Of a stretch of 64,000 nt of DNA, positions 1-12,581 are shown piece after piece. The DNA lies in assembly GCA_951406725.2 (NCBI GenBank), contig OX597814.1, positions 51,832,001-51,896,000 of the forward strand, in the 5' to 3' direction. Source of the DNA: Octopus vulgaris. Its lineage: Eukaryota. Under the pieces are notes generated by a model. The model worked only from the letters and a program-made list of their open reading frames with translations, was not told the DNA's origin and did no database searches. Every line of letters begins with the position of its first letter. The first letter of the stretch is position 1. The position numbers and the translations under genes were made by a program.

Positions 1-7
1 CTTATGG

Positions 8-1970
8 CATCATCATCATCATCATCATCGTTTAACGTCCGCTTTCCATGCTAGCATGGGTTGGACGGTTCAACTGGGGTCTGGCAAGCCCGAAGGCTGC
101 ACCAGGCCAGTCAGATCTGGCAGTGTTTCTACAGCTGGATGCCCTTCCTAACGCCAACCACTCCGAGAGTGTAGTGGGTGATTTTATGTGCCACCGACAC
201 AGGTGCCAGACGAGGCTGGCTGACGGCCACGCTCGGATGGTGTTTTCTTATGTGTCACCGACACAGGTGCCAGACGAGGCTGGCGGACGGCCAAGCTCGG
301 ATGGTGTTTGTTACGTGCCCTCAGCATGGAGGCCAGTCGTTGCGGTACTGGCTACGGTCACGTTCGGATGGTTTTCTTATGTGCCACTGGCACTGGTACC
401 ACAAGGATACAAATTCCATTGATGTTCATCTATTTTGATTTGGTTCGATTTGATTTGATTCGATTCGATTCTCACTTGCCTCAACAGGTCTTCACAAGTG
501 TCACAAGAAGGAAGGTATGCACAGGTGGACTGACTACGTCCCAGGTAGGGGCCACGGATTATGGCTTCACTAGTCTTGCCGGGTCTTCTCACGCACAGCA
601 TACTTCCATAGGTCTCGGTCTCTAGTCATTTCCATGGTGAGACCTAACATCCGAAGGTCGTGCTTCACCACCTCGTCCCAGGTTTTCCTGGGTCTACCTC
701 TTCCACGGGTTCCCTCAACTGCTAGGGATTGGCACTTTCTCACACACCTATCTTCATCCATTCTCGCCACATGACCATACCAGCGCAATCGTCTCTCTTG
801 CACACCACAACTGATGCTTCTTAGGTACAACATTTCTCTCAAGGAACTAACGCTCTGTCGAGTAAGTACACTGACATTACACATCCATCGGAGCATACTG
901 GCTTCGTTCCTCACGAGCTTACGCATGTCCTCAGCAGTTACGGCCCATGTTTCACTGCCATGTAGCATAGCTGTTCGTACACATGCATCATACAGTCTGC
1001 CTTTTACTCTGAGCGAGAGGCCTTTAGTCACCAGCAGAGGTAAGAGCTCCCTAAACTTTGCCCTGGCTATTCTTATTCTAGCAGTTACACTTTCAGCGCA
1101 CCCACCCCCACTACTGACTTGGTCACCTAGATAGCGGAAGCTATCAACTACTTCTAGTTTTTCCCCCGGAAAGTGACAGAAGTTGTTTTCTGCAGATTTT
1201 CGGAGGTCAATGCTCCAGAGCATCTGCCACATACAAAAACTATCTTCCCAGTTAGCCTACCTTTGACATTGCTGCACCTCTTATGTGTCCATAGCTTACA
1301 CTGGGTACATCTTATAGAGTTTCTACCTACACCTTTTCTACAGATCGAGCAGGGCCATCTTCCTGAGGATATTTGTGGATTGTCTACCTTTCTACTTATT
1401 AGTACTTTGGTTTTAGCTAGGTTGACTCTAAGGTCCCTCGATTCTAAACCCTCCTTCCACACCTGGAACTTCTCCAGTTCTGATAGTGACTCAGCAATTA
1501 GAGCGAGGTCGTCAGCATAGAGGAGCTCCCAGGGGCAACCTGTCTTGAATTCCTCCACAATTGCCTGGAGGACTATGATAAATAGGAGGGGGCTGAGTAC
1601 TGAACCCTGGTGGACCCCAACCTCTACTTTGAATTCTTCTGTGTACATGTTGCCAACTCTAACCTTACTTACGGCATCTCTGTACATGGCTTGCACAGCC
1701 CTCACCAGCCATTCATCTATCCCTAGTTTCCTCATTGACCACCAGATGAGGGATCGGGGGACCCTATCAAAGGCTTTCTCCATGTCAACGAAAGCCAGGT
1801 ACAGTGTCTTATCTTTGGCTAGGTATTTCTCCTGCAGCTGCCTTACCAGGAATATAGCATCAGTGGTGCTTTTCCCTGGGACAAACCCAAACTGCATCTC
1901 ATCTAAACTAACTCTCTCTCTAATTAGTTGGGCTATGACCCTCTCCGTAACCTTCATTACCTGATCCAAC
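8..1970 (-). mobile_element. 5'-truncated RTE-clade LINE (RT + Cys-rich region + 3'UTR with (GAT)n tail), in an intron of the KEN-domain gene
   Basis: ORF 1154-2116(-) has RT motifs QFGFVPGKSTTDAIF, AFVDMEKAFDRV, GVHQGSVLSPLLF and LYADDL. It continues by frameshift into ORF 570-1232(-) (FRYLGDQV, RRLRWYGHVARM, RGRPRKTW), typical of the RTE C-terminus. The (CAT)n run at about 8-28 is the 3' tail. Homology stops near 1970 (LDQVMKVTER). Confidence 0.93.
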
Positions 1971-2373
1971 ATACTTTTGTTAATTGTTTTAGGCACTATG
2001 TAATTGTGAACAGTTATAGACATCTTCTTGGTCCTTTCATCCTTGGTCCTGGAGAACATTGAGGATGTAACAACTGGATGGAGAGACAGATGCACTAGCA
2101 CTTGGCTGGTACTCATTTACAGCCGTGTTGACTGGAGCGACATGAAATGAAGTGCCTTCTTCAGGGACATAATGTGCTACTTGATCCAGGAATTGAACTG
2201 AAGGTGTTATGATTATGAGCTCAATACTCTAACTACTAGGCCATGCACCTTCATAAGGCTAATAGAATAGTAATCAGTTAGTACTGCCACTACTGTCATT
2301 ATTGTCAGCAATTATGTGTATTTTCAGAGCAGATTTTTTTCCCATTACTAAAAGGGATGGGTAGATTTTCACA

Positions 2374-2728
2374 GGCGTGGCTGTATGATAAGAAGTTAGT
2401 TGCCCAACCACATGGTTCTGGATTCAGCCCCACTGCATGGCACCTTGAGCAAGTGTCTTCTACTATAGCTCTGAGCTAACCAAAGCCTTGTGCGACTGAT
2501 TTCTTGCCTTGATTTTGCGTGATAGTTCCACTTGTTTACAAGTGATAATTGTAAACAAGTGGTGCCCTTCATTTCTAATCTTCTGTCAAAACATGTCTGG
2601 TCAAAGGGAAATATTATCTTACTTGGAATCAGGTGATGTTTGGTGACAGGAGGGGCCTCTGGTCATAGAAAAATCCACTTCAAAAAATTCCATCTGACCC
2701 ATGCAAGCATGGAATAGTGGACGTTAAT
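2374..2728 (+). mobile_element. tRNA-derived SINE (family A: GGCGTGGCTGT...CACCTTGGGCAAGTGTCTTCTACTATAG) with RTE-like tail
   Basis: tRNA-like head and a central core shared with copies at about 10590, 14440, 20915, 24120, 27075 and 44168. Tail CCCATGCAAGCATGGAA..GGACGTTAA resembles the RTE 3' end. Confidence 0.8.
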
Positions 2729-2921
2729 CAAAGGTGAAACAAACATAGCTATTAAATTATCTATTTTTTCCTTTTTATTACTATCCATAACTAGCTAATT
2801 CTTCTTCACCTCTCACATATTTTTCTTACTCATCAGTAGAATTCATTAAGGATGGTGGGATTGCTTTTTACTATGAAGAGTTTCTTACTATCCAAAACTC
2901 AATACCTTTCTTTTTAAATAG

Positions 2922-3005
2922 GCATCCTTACTTTTGGTCAAATCAGCGGAAACTTCAGTTCTTGTTAACTGTTGGAAGTGATATCCTAAATGCTTTGATG
3001 TTACA
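2922..3005 (+). CDS. IRE1/RNase L-like kinase-KEN protein, exon A (xHPYFWSNQRKLQFLLTVGSDILNALML)
   Basis: tttttaaatag acceptor and CA|gtaagt donor. HPYFWS matches the HPFFW kinase-to-KEN junction of IRE1/RNase L. Phase 2 at both ends. Confidence 0.88.
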
Positions 3006-3996
3006 GTAAGTGGATATAGTTCTGTTTTGGTTTATCAACCTTAATTTTATGTTTTCTCAAATACCAAAAATTATCAGACTAAAACTGTGAAAAATCTTGA
3101 GGTGGTTGCTTGACAACTGAGAAATAACATTCAGATTATGCTCAAATCCCATGCTACCATCTTAAAGAAAGGACTCATTAGATAATGTAGTCCATGGTAC
3201 ACTATGCTTGGAAAAAAAAAGATGGGATAGGCATAAGCAAGACACCTTTGATTAATGTTGATCTAAGTCTAACATTGCTAGGATTTTCAATGATTTTTCA
3301 CTCATAGCTGTGCTTCAATTACTGACATTGAGAATTTCAGTAACAGCAATATATGCTTAAAGGAAAATGCTATGCTTTAGCAGTAGTGTTTACAAATGGT
3401 GCAGTGAAAATTTGGATGAAGTTATATCAGACATGAGAAAGTCAAACCTATGAAAACACAATCAAGCTATGTTGGAAAGCTGCTGCTATTATGCAACCCA
3501 TTCTGGAATATAAAAACGAACAAAATATCAACAATGATGTTGATGGTACTCAATGTTGATGATGATAAGAACTGAATTAAACATGTTTATGTGGCTTATC
3601 TAGTGGAGTCAGTAATTTTTCAATAGCTGTTCAGTTTTTTCATATATGGTATTGAAGTAGGTGTTTTAAAGTTGTATGCTCTTTCTATTAGGAAATGATA
3701 CTGATATGAATTTTTGAGTAATATAGGCTAAGGCAAGTAAAGTGTTTTATCTAAAAGTAACAAGCTTATGGATGCCTACTGAAGGATTTGATCATCCTTT
3801 TGCTGATGAGACCAGAAATGTATTTTTTCAGCCTTTGTATATTTCTTTTACCATCATACTGAAATTAAAACAATAATGATTTTTTAATTTGTTTGAAATT
3901 TTTTCTAATAACATGCTGTTACAAAATAATTTTATATTGTATTGAAATATCCTCAAGTTAATATACATGGATACTTTTTATATTTTTTTAAATGAG

Positions 3997-4072
3997 AAAA
4001 AACTACAACACTGAAGCCAGCATCATATACTGTCTGAGCATTTGTGACACAATTGGATATTTTAAGAATTGG
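3997..4072 (+). CDS. KEN protein exon B (QKNYNTEASIIYCLSICDTIGYFKNW)
   Basis: T-rich tract plus atgag acceptor (non-optimal GAG) and TGG|gtaaga donor. Its phase 2->0 exactly bridges exons A and C and supplies the conserved KEN Trp. Confidence 0.75.
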
Positions 4073-4202
4073 GTAAGATTTTAGCCTTCATTTATAGTTT
4101 TTTTCTTCTTTCTCTGAGAGAGTTACAGCTTGTCTAAATGTATCTTGCTGAAGTATTTGTTTCTGTTATGCATACACAAAGGCTTTATTTTGATAGCGTT
4201 AC

Positions 4203-4204
<2 letters not shown>

Positions 4205-4237
<33 letters not shown>
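4205..4237. repeat. (TA)n microsatellite
   Basis: Direct observation. Confidence 0.95.
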
Positions 4238-4238
<1 letters not shown>

Positions 4239-5283
4239 CTAAGAACATGTATAAACTTATTCAATAAAACATTCAGTAAACAAACATTAGATGTTAGCAT
4301 GGTAAAATAGTAAACTGTGCACTTTATCCCCTCTATCAGATTGTTATTATTTAACTCCTGGTCAGCTCTTATCTTTCAGATCTAGCAGAGTAGGATTGAT
4401 GATGATGAAGCAATTTTGAGAAAGGTACAAGTTATGTTTGAACAGTGTGTGTTCCATGGAAGGCAATGGATGATATAAATGTACAGAAATATGTGTAAAA
4501 TGCACTACATGCTGTGTTCTGGTTACTTAATAGTCTGACCAGGGAAAAATTCTTATTCCATGCAAAACAGAACCTTCTGTTAAACTTTGCTCCAAGACCC
4601 ACTTTAGGTCAAACTCATGGAAAGAGAGAACAATTGCTCACTGAATAAATTACAGAAAAAGTGCAGATACAAGACATACATAATGACCGGACATAAATCA
4701 TTCACAATACAAATAGGCTATTCTTTGCAATTTTGTTTTTTCTAAGAAATAATCTATAAATCTGATAACAAAAGGTTTTGTTTAATCATAATCATTTGCT
4801 AGGAACTGTTAGTTTTCACAAAATAATGGGCTGAGACATTTTACTTTTATTAAAGCTGACAAAACTGGCAAGAGCGAAAGGTATATATTTGCAAATTTAG
4901 TGAAATTTGTTGATAGGAAAATTGTACTTATAAGCATGTTATTATGCATAAAGGTGAGGAAAAAGATACCGTAACTTTTAGTCTAAAAATGCATTGCCAT
5001 GAAATTGATTTAGTTCAAGATAAGACAAAACTTATAAACCCTGCACTTAGATGGCTAAATATTATTAAATGAATGTTATATAGATGACTATATCAGGAGA
5101 GCATTGTACTATATACTATAACATAACAAGTTCAGCATCTCATTGTTCCAAGATTTTTTCCCTACATTTTTTTTACATTCATAAACGAAATTCTAATCAT
5201 AGATCTGCTGTTTGTGCTATTTCAAAATTTTGGCTTGGTGTCTGTTCAATATAATATTACTTATTTAAATATGACCTTTTCAG

Positions 5284-5399
5284 ATGTCACTTATTGATAA
5301 GATCATCTTAGAAGAATTACAGAAAATCAGACCAATAAGGAATTCAGTGATTGAACTGGTGATCTTCTTATACAACACCTGTATTTTGTATAAACAAAT
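5284..5399 (+). CDS. KEN protein exon C (MSLIDKIILEELQKIRPIRNSVIELVIFLYNTCILYKQ)
   Basis: ccttttcag acceptor and AT|gtaagt donor. Aligns without gaps to IRE1 SVRDLLRAMRNKKHHY. Confidence 0.85.
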
Positions 5400-5619
5400 G
5401 TAAGTGTTTATATACTGTTTATACACAGGATTTATTTCAACCTTAATCCTTTTTAATCTGGCAGTGAATAATCCTTATGTCATTCCCTAATCATTTAATT
5501 TAATTTATTTTAACACCTGTTGTTTTCTATTCCTGTCGGAGTTAGGTGAGTTTTCTAGGTTTGAAGTGTAAAAAATATCTTCCTCAATCTTCCACTTCAT
5601 TAAAAGTCGAAGACTAAGG

Positions 5620-6545
5620 AAGATTCCTTTCATATGAATTGCTTAGTTTTTATATACCCAACTGTCATCTTTCACACACACACACATTTATATTGTATTC
5701 TCTCTTACACACTACAGCTGATTCCTTTTATACACCGCTTTTCTCTCAACTTATTTATTCTCTGTTCATGCACACTGACATTGCACATCCAGCAAAGCAC
5801 ATTCACCTCATTTCTTTCTACCTTTCACACACCATTGCCTATGTTTCACAACCATACAATATCATACTTCGTACACAAGACTTATGCAACCTGCTTTTCA
5901 CTTGGAAAGAGAATCCTTTTGTTGCTAGCAGAAGTAATAACTCGCTGAACCTCTTCTTTCTATCTATTCTTACTCTGGCTATTATAGTTTCAGGACACCT
6001 TCTATTGCTCATTAGGCCATCTAGGTAACAGGAGCTGTCAATTACTACCATCTGAACATTTCAAAGAATTCATTTCATGAGTGTACTTATTGCTCACTGC
6101 TCCAGTGGATCTGACTCTCCTTTTTGTTAGCCTACTTGTGATCACAGCTCACTTCTTGTGCACCCGTAGTTCAGATCTCTGCGTATTGAGTATGATAACT
6201 TCTCACGTGGCTGTTGAGTTTTTTCTTTTCTTTTCTACCAACTAAAACCTTGGGTTTCGATAGGCTTTCTTTGAGGCCTCTCAGTCCTAAGCTTTGCTTC
6301 CATGTTTGGAATTTCTTCTATAAATATTTGAATTAGCTATGAGAGCTAGATCATTAGTATACAGGAGCTCTCACACAATCAATCTTAAACTCTTCTGTTA
6401 TGGCCTAGAGAACTATAACAAACAGGAGGTGATTGGAAAGAATGCTCTGATGGCTACCTATCTATACTCTAAACTCTTCATTTAACGTGTCGTTAACTCT
6501 CACCTTGCTAGTGAAATCTCTGTATTTGGCTTCCATGGCTCTCAT
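5620..6545 (-). mobile_element. Degraded RTE LINE fragment
   Basis: The minus strand reads ELLYTNDLA near 6345-6370 and ..IIARVRIDRKK..LLATKGFSFQVKSRL.., paralleling the RTE at 570-1970. Many stops and frameshifts. Confidence 0.8.
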
Positions 6546-9086
6546 AAGCCATTTATTTGCACATAGTTGAATTATTCATCTTTACCCACACTTGGCACCA
6601 TAAATACATGTACCTGGGTACATGTCTGTGAGTCTGTCTGAGAGTGTGTATTTGCATGGATGTGACTGTGTGCATTTGTGTATCCATTCTCTGTGTGTGT
6701 CTGTATTCCTGTGTTTGGCATCTTGGTCGAGTATGTGTGAACATGCAAGCTTTTTATATGTGTGTGTATGTATGTATGACTAGGTGTACACGTGTATGTG
6801 TGTGTGTCCATACACATCTTTGGTGTAGTCTTTTTTGCCTTGTTTATAGGTGCAGGCATAGGTGTTTGGTAAGAGGTTTGCTTCCAACTACATGTTTCCA
6901 GACCTTTTATCATGTTGTGTGTGTGTATGGTTGTTTATATTCCACATTATCACATGACATTGAGCAAAATGATGATGCTGTGTTTAAATTCTCTGTAAGC
7001 AGTATTTCCTGTTGCTCTGTACTTTTGAAGACCAGTAGAGTTAAACAAATATTTCCTTACTTGAAGCAGCTAAGAATTGGCTTCAGAGAGGATTGTTAAA
7101 TACTGCAACAGTTTGTCTCTCTCTCTCTAACTCATGCCAGCATAGAAAACAAACTTAAAACCAATGAGCAAATACACACACTAAAACACACATATATCCA
7201 TTTATGTGTGTGTGTGTTTGTATAATATACTTACATATACATACGTGGACATTAAATGATGATGATTTCATATATATATATATGTTTATTTATATGTGGT
7301 GATACATATCTATATGTGGAAGGTGTGTGTGTATGAATATATATGGGTCTAACCCATGCCAACATCAAATATGGATGTTAAATTGTGATGATTATAATGG
7401 TCTAGGTTAATTACAATGTTGAAAAAGAGATAACTATAACAATCTGAGTCCTGTCCAGCCTATACAAGCATGAAAAAAAACCATGTAAAATGATGTTGTT
7501 GTTGGTTGTGGTGTTGATGAAGATGATCATACGAATGTTATAGAAGAAATAAATAGCTCTCAGCTCTTGTTATCTCTCACTTTGAAATATTGTGAATGAC
7601 TTCAAAAGAACTATGTTAAAATGCGAGAAATATTCACAGATAAACAGCTGTTGGTTATCCTGTTGAATCATTGAAGAATTCAACAGGGAAATTCATTAGA
7701 ACTTCCAGTATATAGATTGTAGAAATATCAAATATTTCTCTCTTGTTTAGTTTCAGATTAACCCTTATCTGAGAAGACCCATTCCAGCTGTGACCATCCT
7801 GTATTATTTGTAGACCTAGGAATAGTTTTATGCTTACTTCCATCTTCGATGTAATACATTGTGATTTGAGGGAAATTTTGGCTTTTATGTATTGCAGTTG
7901 TTTAGCCCCAGGTTGGTCCAGATGTGGAAGACATGATCAAAGATATTCTGGGTAGTGAGCATCTCATCTGCTCATGCACTGCTTGATGTCCCATTGCAAC
8001 ACATTTCAGAGAAGCTTGTTTGATACAGTTATCTATATCTTTCCGGAACTATGGACCACATTATCTAATGTGCTTTCTTATTCAGGATAGTAGGGAATGA
8101 TTTGAGGGAGACTTGGGTGCTATCTCTAATGAGGTGAGTGACCATGTAAAGGCTTCCTCATTGGTTCATTTCAAATTAACGTATCAACTGATGCTGTTGA
8201 CATTGTTGTTTTTGTTAGTGTTATTGTTGTTTAATCCCAAGTCAACCCTGAATTGATCATATCTATTATCGAATACATTTATTCCAGCCGTAGTCATTTT
8301 GTCTTTCCTTGTACAGGCATAGTATATCATGAATTAAATTATCTAATGTCAACATTTAAGACAGTAGGATAATGTTTGAGATAGATTTGGCTGCTATTTC
8401 TAATGAGATGCATGATCTTGTACTTTTTCTTTGATTCATAGTATGAGATGTATTTAAAGAGAGTTCTAAAGAACTTTTGTACTCTGAATTCCATGGTTCC
8501 AGAAAGAAGTAGCTCACTGTATCAATAGGACTTTTCCTAAATGTGATGTGTTGAAATGGGACACCATGTGGTGCATTAGCAGATGAGATATATATTGTTA
8601 GTTATTAGCTAGTCCAAGTCTGTCGTGAATTGAGCAGACTTATGGTGAAAAACTTTCCAACCATGACCATATATTCTTATAATCTCAGGGTAGTTTGGGA
8701 CTATGTTACACATATCATTTCTTTCTTTAAGACGAAAGAAAATTCTTTGGTTGCTATTTCCTGCTGATTCAGTGACTGCACTGAGGACCCTTGATAGGAT
8801 TCATGTGGGGTATTCAGGCTGAACAGAACTTCAGCGCCATGAATCTTCTTTTTTTTTTCTTCAGAGTGGAACATGCATAGATATACATGTTTATATTCTA
8901 TATTTGTTATTGCTTGGGTGAAATGGTGTATCCTTATTCAAAATATGACCTGTCACTTTGGGCTTTCAAAATCCCTAAAGTTTGTCAACAGGTAGTGCAA
9001 CCAGCTGTAAAATATTGCCTAAAATAACTCTCCATCCAATCCTTGCTAGTATGATCTAAAAACAGATGTTAAATGAATGAATAAAC

Positions 9087-9126
<40 letters not shown>

Positions 9127-9136
9127 TTACATAGAA

Positions 9137-9352
9137 ATCATCATTATTTAACATCCACTTTCCATGCTGGTATGATTTGGATTGTTTGACAGGATCTGGC
9201 AAACTATGGCAGTGTTGGGCTCCAATGTCAGCTTTGGAATGGTTTTTAGGGTTGGATGTTTCTCCTAGTGCCAACCACTTAATAGAGTGTATTGGGTGCT
9301 TCTTTTTCTTTTTATGCCACTGGCACTAGTGGGGTTGCCAAGTAATTTGCAA
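9137..9352 (-). mobile_element. RTE-3'-tail-type short repeat
   Basis: atcatcatt..ttaacatccactttccatgctgg..gccaaccact.. matches the 3' end of the RTE at 8-400. Confidence 0.7.
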
Positions 9353-9510
9353 GACAGAAGAACAAGGAGACAAAAAATAAAAAGCTTCCACTACTAAATG
9401 GGAAATATTTGAGAGGGGAAGATGGGTTTATGCTAGATGCTGGAAGGCTAAAATAAGATAGAGAGTCAAGCATAGGTGTCTTGCTACACAGGAGATGCAT
9501 GGCTAACCAC

Positions 9511-9544
<34 letters not shown>

Positions 9545-10589
9545 GGATGGGAGTAGTTGAAGAGATAAAGGAAATTTGTGATGGTGAGCCAGAGCAAACT
9601 CTCAGGGTACAAGAAGGTGAGCATTAGAGAAGATGCAGACAGTTAGTCAAGGGAGGGGAGAGGGATGCTTTCAACAATCACCTACTTTTGTACTGAAGGT
9701 ACAAAAGTAGGTGATTGGTGGAAATATTGTGAGCAGGGAGAATGATAAGAAATGGAAGTGGTTCCAGGAAGGAGAGGATGAGGGATGGAGGTAACCAGAG
9801 GAGAAGGGTGTAAAATATGCCAATTTGGCTTTCGGGTAGTTACAGTAGTCGAGTTGTGTCAAGATAGGGGAGTGGTAGGTGTTAGGATGAGATCTGGGGG
9901 GAAATGCTTGATGGAGCAGAAAGAGAGGAGAAGGTTAGGGCCTGAGGGATGGAGGAAGAGAGAGGTAGATGGGTCAATAGAAAAATAAAGACAGGATATA
10001 ACTGTCTATTTGTTGGAGGTATCCTTCTTCATGCATAATGATTTTTGGTTGCATCACCGATTTGTTAATTCTTCTCTGCTAACTTGATGCTGACTGGGCA
10101 TTCTCTCAATCTCTGTATTCATTTTTGCAAGCTGAGTGGATTGGAGCAATATAAAATAAATGGACTTGCCTATGGATACAACATACCACTTGGACTAGGA
10201 ATTAACCCCCACAGCCTTATGATTGATATAAGCAGTATGTTGGTGGAGAGGTAAGGAAGGTGTACAGCTGCTGATGAGACTCCAAGCAAAGTTGAAATGT
10301 GTAGCATAAACAGCTGTTCTTTCTTTTTCTGTCCTTCAACATATTGTGTACATAGACACGATTTCATCTATTGTAACATAGTGTTGAATATAAGTCTATT
10401 GACCCGTTCTGTTCATTATAGCAACACTGTTAACACACCAGTAGTTTAAAGTAATCAATGTCACCATATTTCATTTAGATGGCATTGATGATGACATGAT
10501 GAATTGATATCTATACTCACACACTGACAAATACATACTTGCATACATACATAATCAATAAACCACTTAGTCAGTCACTTTACTTCTAC

Positions 10590-10712
10590 CATTTTCTCTT
10601 ACAAAGCTTTGGATGGCCTGGGGCTACAATTGAAGACATTTTTCCAAGATGCCATGCAGTGAGACTGGACCCAAAATTGTGTTTGAGAAGTGAATTTCTT
10701 AACCACACAGCC
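10590..10712 (-). mobile_element. SINE family A fragment
   Basis: Reverse complement of the head at 2374 (gaagaca..ccaagatgccatgcagt..aaccacacagcca). Confidence 0.65.
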
Positions 10713-11400
10713 AGTCTGCACTTAATTGTTTGTGTGTATATGTGCTCTTTAGTTTGTTTTAGTAATCACAGCTAAAGCCATGGTGGATCATTATCTTCAA
10801 AGTTGATTGTCATATGCCTTTTGTGTTATCTTTGCATAAATTCAAGGGCCCAATGCCTTTGGTTTCTTAGTGTTTGTGGTATCACTGGAGATTGCTCAAT
10901 AGTTATCTCTTGTTACTGCTATTTCTATTGTTAGTAAAATCCAGCATTATTTATATAAAATTGTAATACATTGCTATAGCGCTCTCACTCTCTCTCACTT
11001 TTATGACTTGACCCATTGGTTTAATGTCTCTGCAGTGACTTTTTTCTAAAATGTCTCCTTTGCTCTTGTAGCCATTCATGATGATGCTATTATACTAAAT
11101 ATTAGTGATAGCATCTTCCTACACTACTTGATTGCCATATGAGTAACCAGTGCATGCCCTATATTGCTGGGGAGTATCTATGTTAGTCCAGCAGTTTTTC
11201 CTGTCTTCATATCCTTAATGGTAATCAACTGCAGTAGCTGATCCTTTTTTATGGATCCACTTTGGGTACCTACATCCACTCCCACCACACACACATTTCC
11301 CCTATTCGGTAACCCTTCATTGTATTGTTTTCCAGCCTCTTCTTTCTCAGCACCAGTCAAAGTAAATTAGCTGTTATTGGCAGAATTCTGCTTTATGCAT

Positions 11401-11822
11401 GGCATATAACCCCTCATAACTTTTTTATTTTGGGGAATTTGCAGAAAATGTTTGCAAATTTGTATTCTACACACAGGAAATCATAGAACTATGCAAAAAG
11501 AAATTAAAAAAAATTTTTCCAACTTTTTTTTTAGAAATCACAGTTTAAAATACAATCTGAATTTTTGGTGTAAATCACAGCAATAGACCGTTAAATGTGT
11601 TCATGGGGAAAAAGATATTGAAAGACATCAATACATCAGACTGACAAACAAACAAGGATGGTATGAGGTAGTTGTGAGATGTGCTAAAAATAACAGCAAA
11701 TCACGCAAAAATTTTTGTTTTGTTTTTCCATAGTCATATGGTTTCCCTTGTTTAGAACACAAATTTGCAAAGATTTTCTGCAAATTCCAAAAAATAAAAT
11801 AACTAATGAGGGGTTATATGCC
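11401..11822. mobile_element. MITE / non-autonomous DNA transposon with about 100-bp imperfect TIRs
   Basis: GGCATATAACCCCTCAT...GGAATTTGCAGAAAAT..TTTGCAAATTTGT at the left is the reverse complement of ACAAATTTGCAAAGATTTTCTGCAAATTCC...ATGAGGGGTTATATGCC at the right. Confidence 0.85.
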
Positions 11823-12581
11823 TTAAATATTCCACCCTGCTGTCATCCATCTGCACTTTTTGCTGACCACAATCTGATTTAACTTGACACCTCACATATC
11901 TGGCTCTCATGGTATAGAACATTGTAAACCTCTTGCTCTTGGCTGCCCCACTCGCTGTGCATACTTAATGTCTAGCTTCTCTTCTAGCTATTTGATAGTA
12001 GTTCTTACTCTCCATCTTACCATCATTCTTTCTGGGCCTGTCTCTTAGCTTTTATGACTTATTGTTCAACCACCGTACTACCTTCCACCTGTATGATATT
12101 GGGGTGTATTTATATATATATATTTCTCTCTTTACCTCCTCTCTTATGTGTGTGTATGCTGCATTGGTTTTGTGTGTGCATGTGTGTAAATTTTTAGCTC
12201 AGTAATAAAAATATATGTAAATGCAATGTATAAGAATCCAAATCAGTGAAAATTTTAAAAACATTCACTGAAAGCATCTAAGCTTTGTACATAGGAAATT
12301 GGATTAGTTAACACATGTGTAATGTGTTGAATTCTTAAAATACATTGGGAGCAAAGGTGAATGAAAAAAAGAATTCAAATCAAGGAATAAAATTGCAAAA
12401 GACAGCTGTCACACTCAATTGGGATTTAATAATTAAATTCCTTTCCAAAATTTGTTGTATCTATTCAGTTTTCTATTATTATCTTTGAAAAATTGCCCCC
12501 TGATAGTTATTGTAGTAATTATATAAGTATTGTCATATGAATATTATAATACTTTTTTAAAATGATCTTTAATATCTTTAG

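Noticed and set aside
48-1964. + strand ORFs overlapping the RTE
   Set aside because: They are antisense shadows of the RT ORF or of the GC-richer 3'UTR.
3803-3825. CTGATGAGACCAGAAATG hammerhead-like core
   Set aside because: No stem II or stem I can be formed.
6553-7099. Cys/Val- and His/Thr-rich ORFs
   Set aside because: They are translations of degenerate (TG)n/(CA)n sequence.
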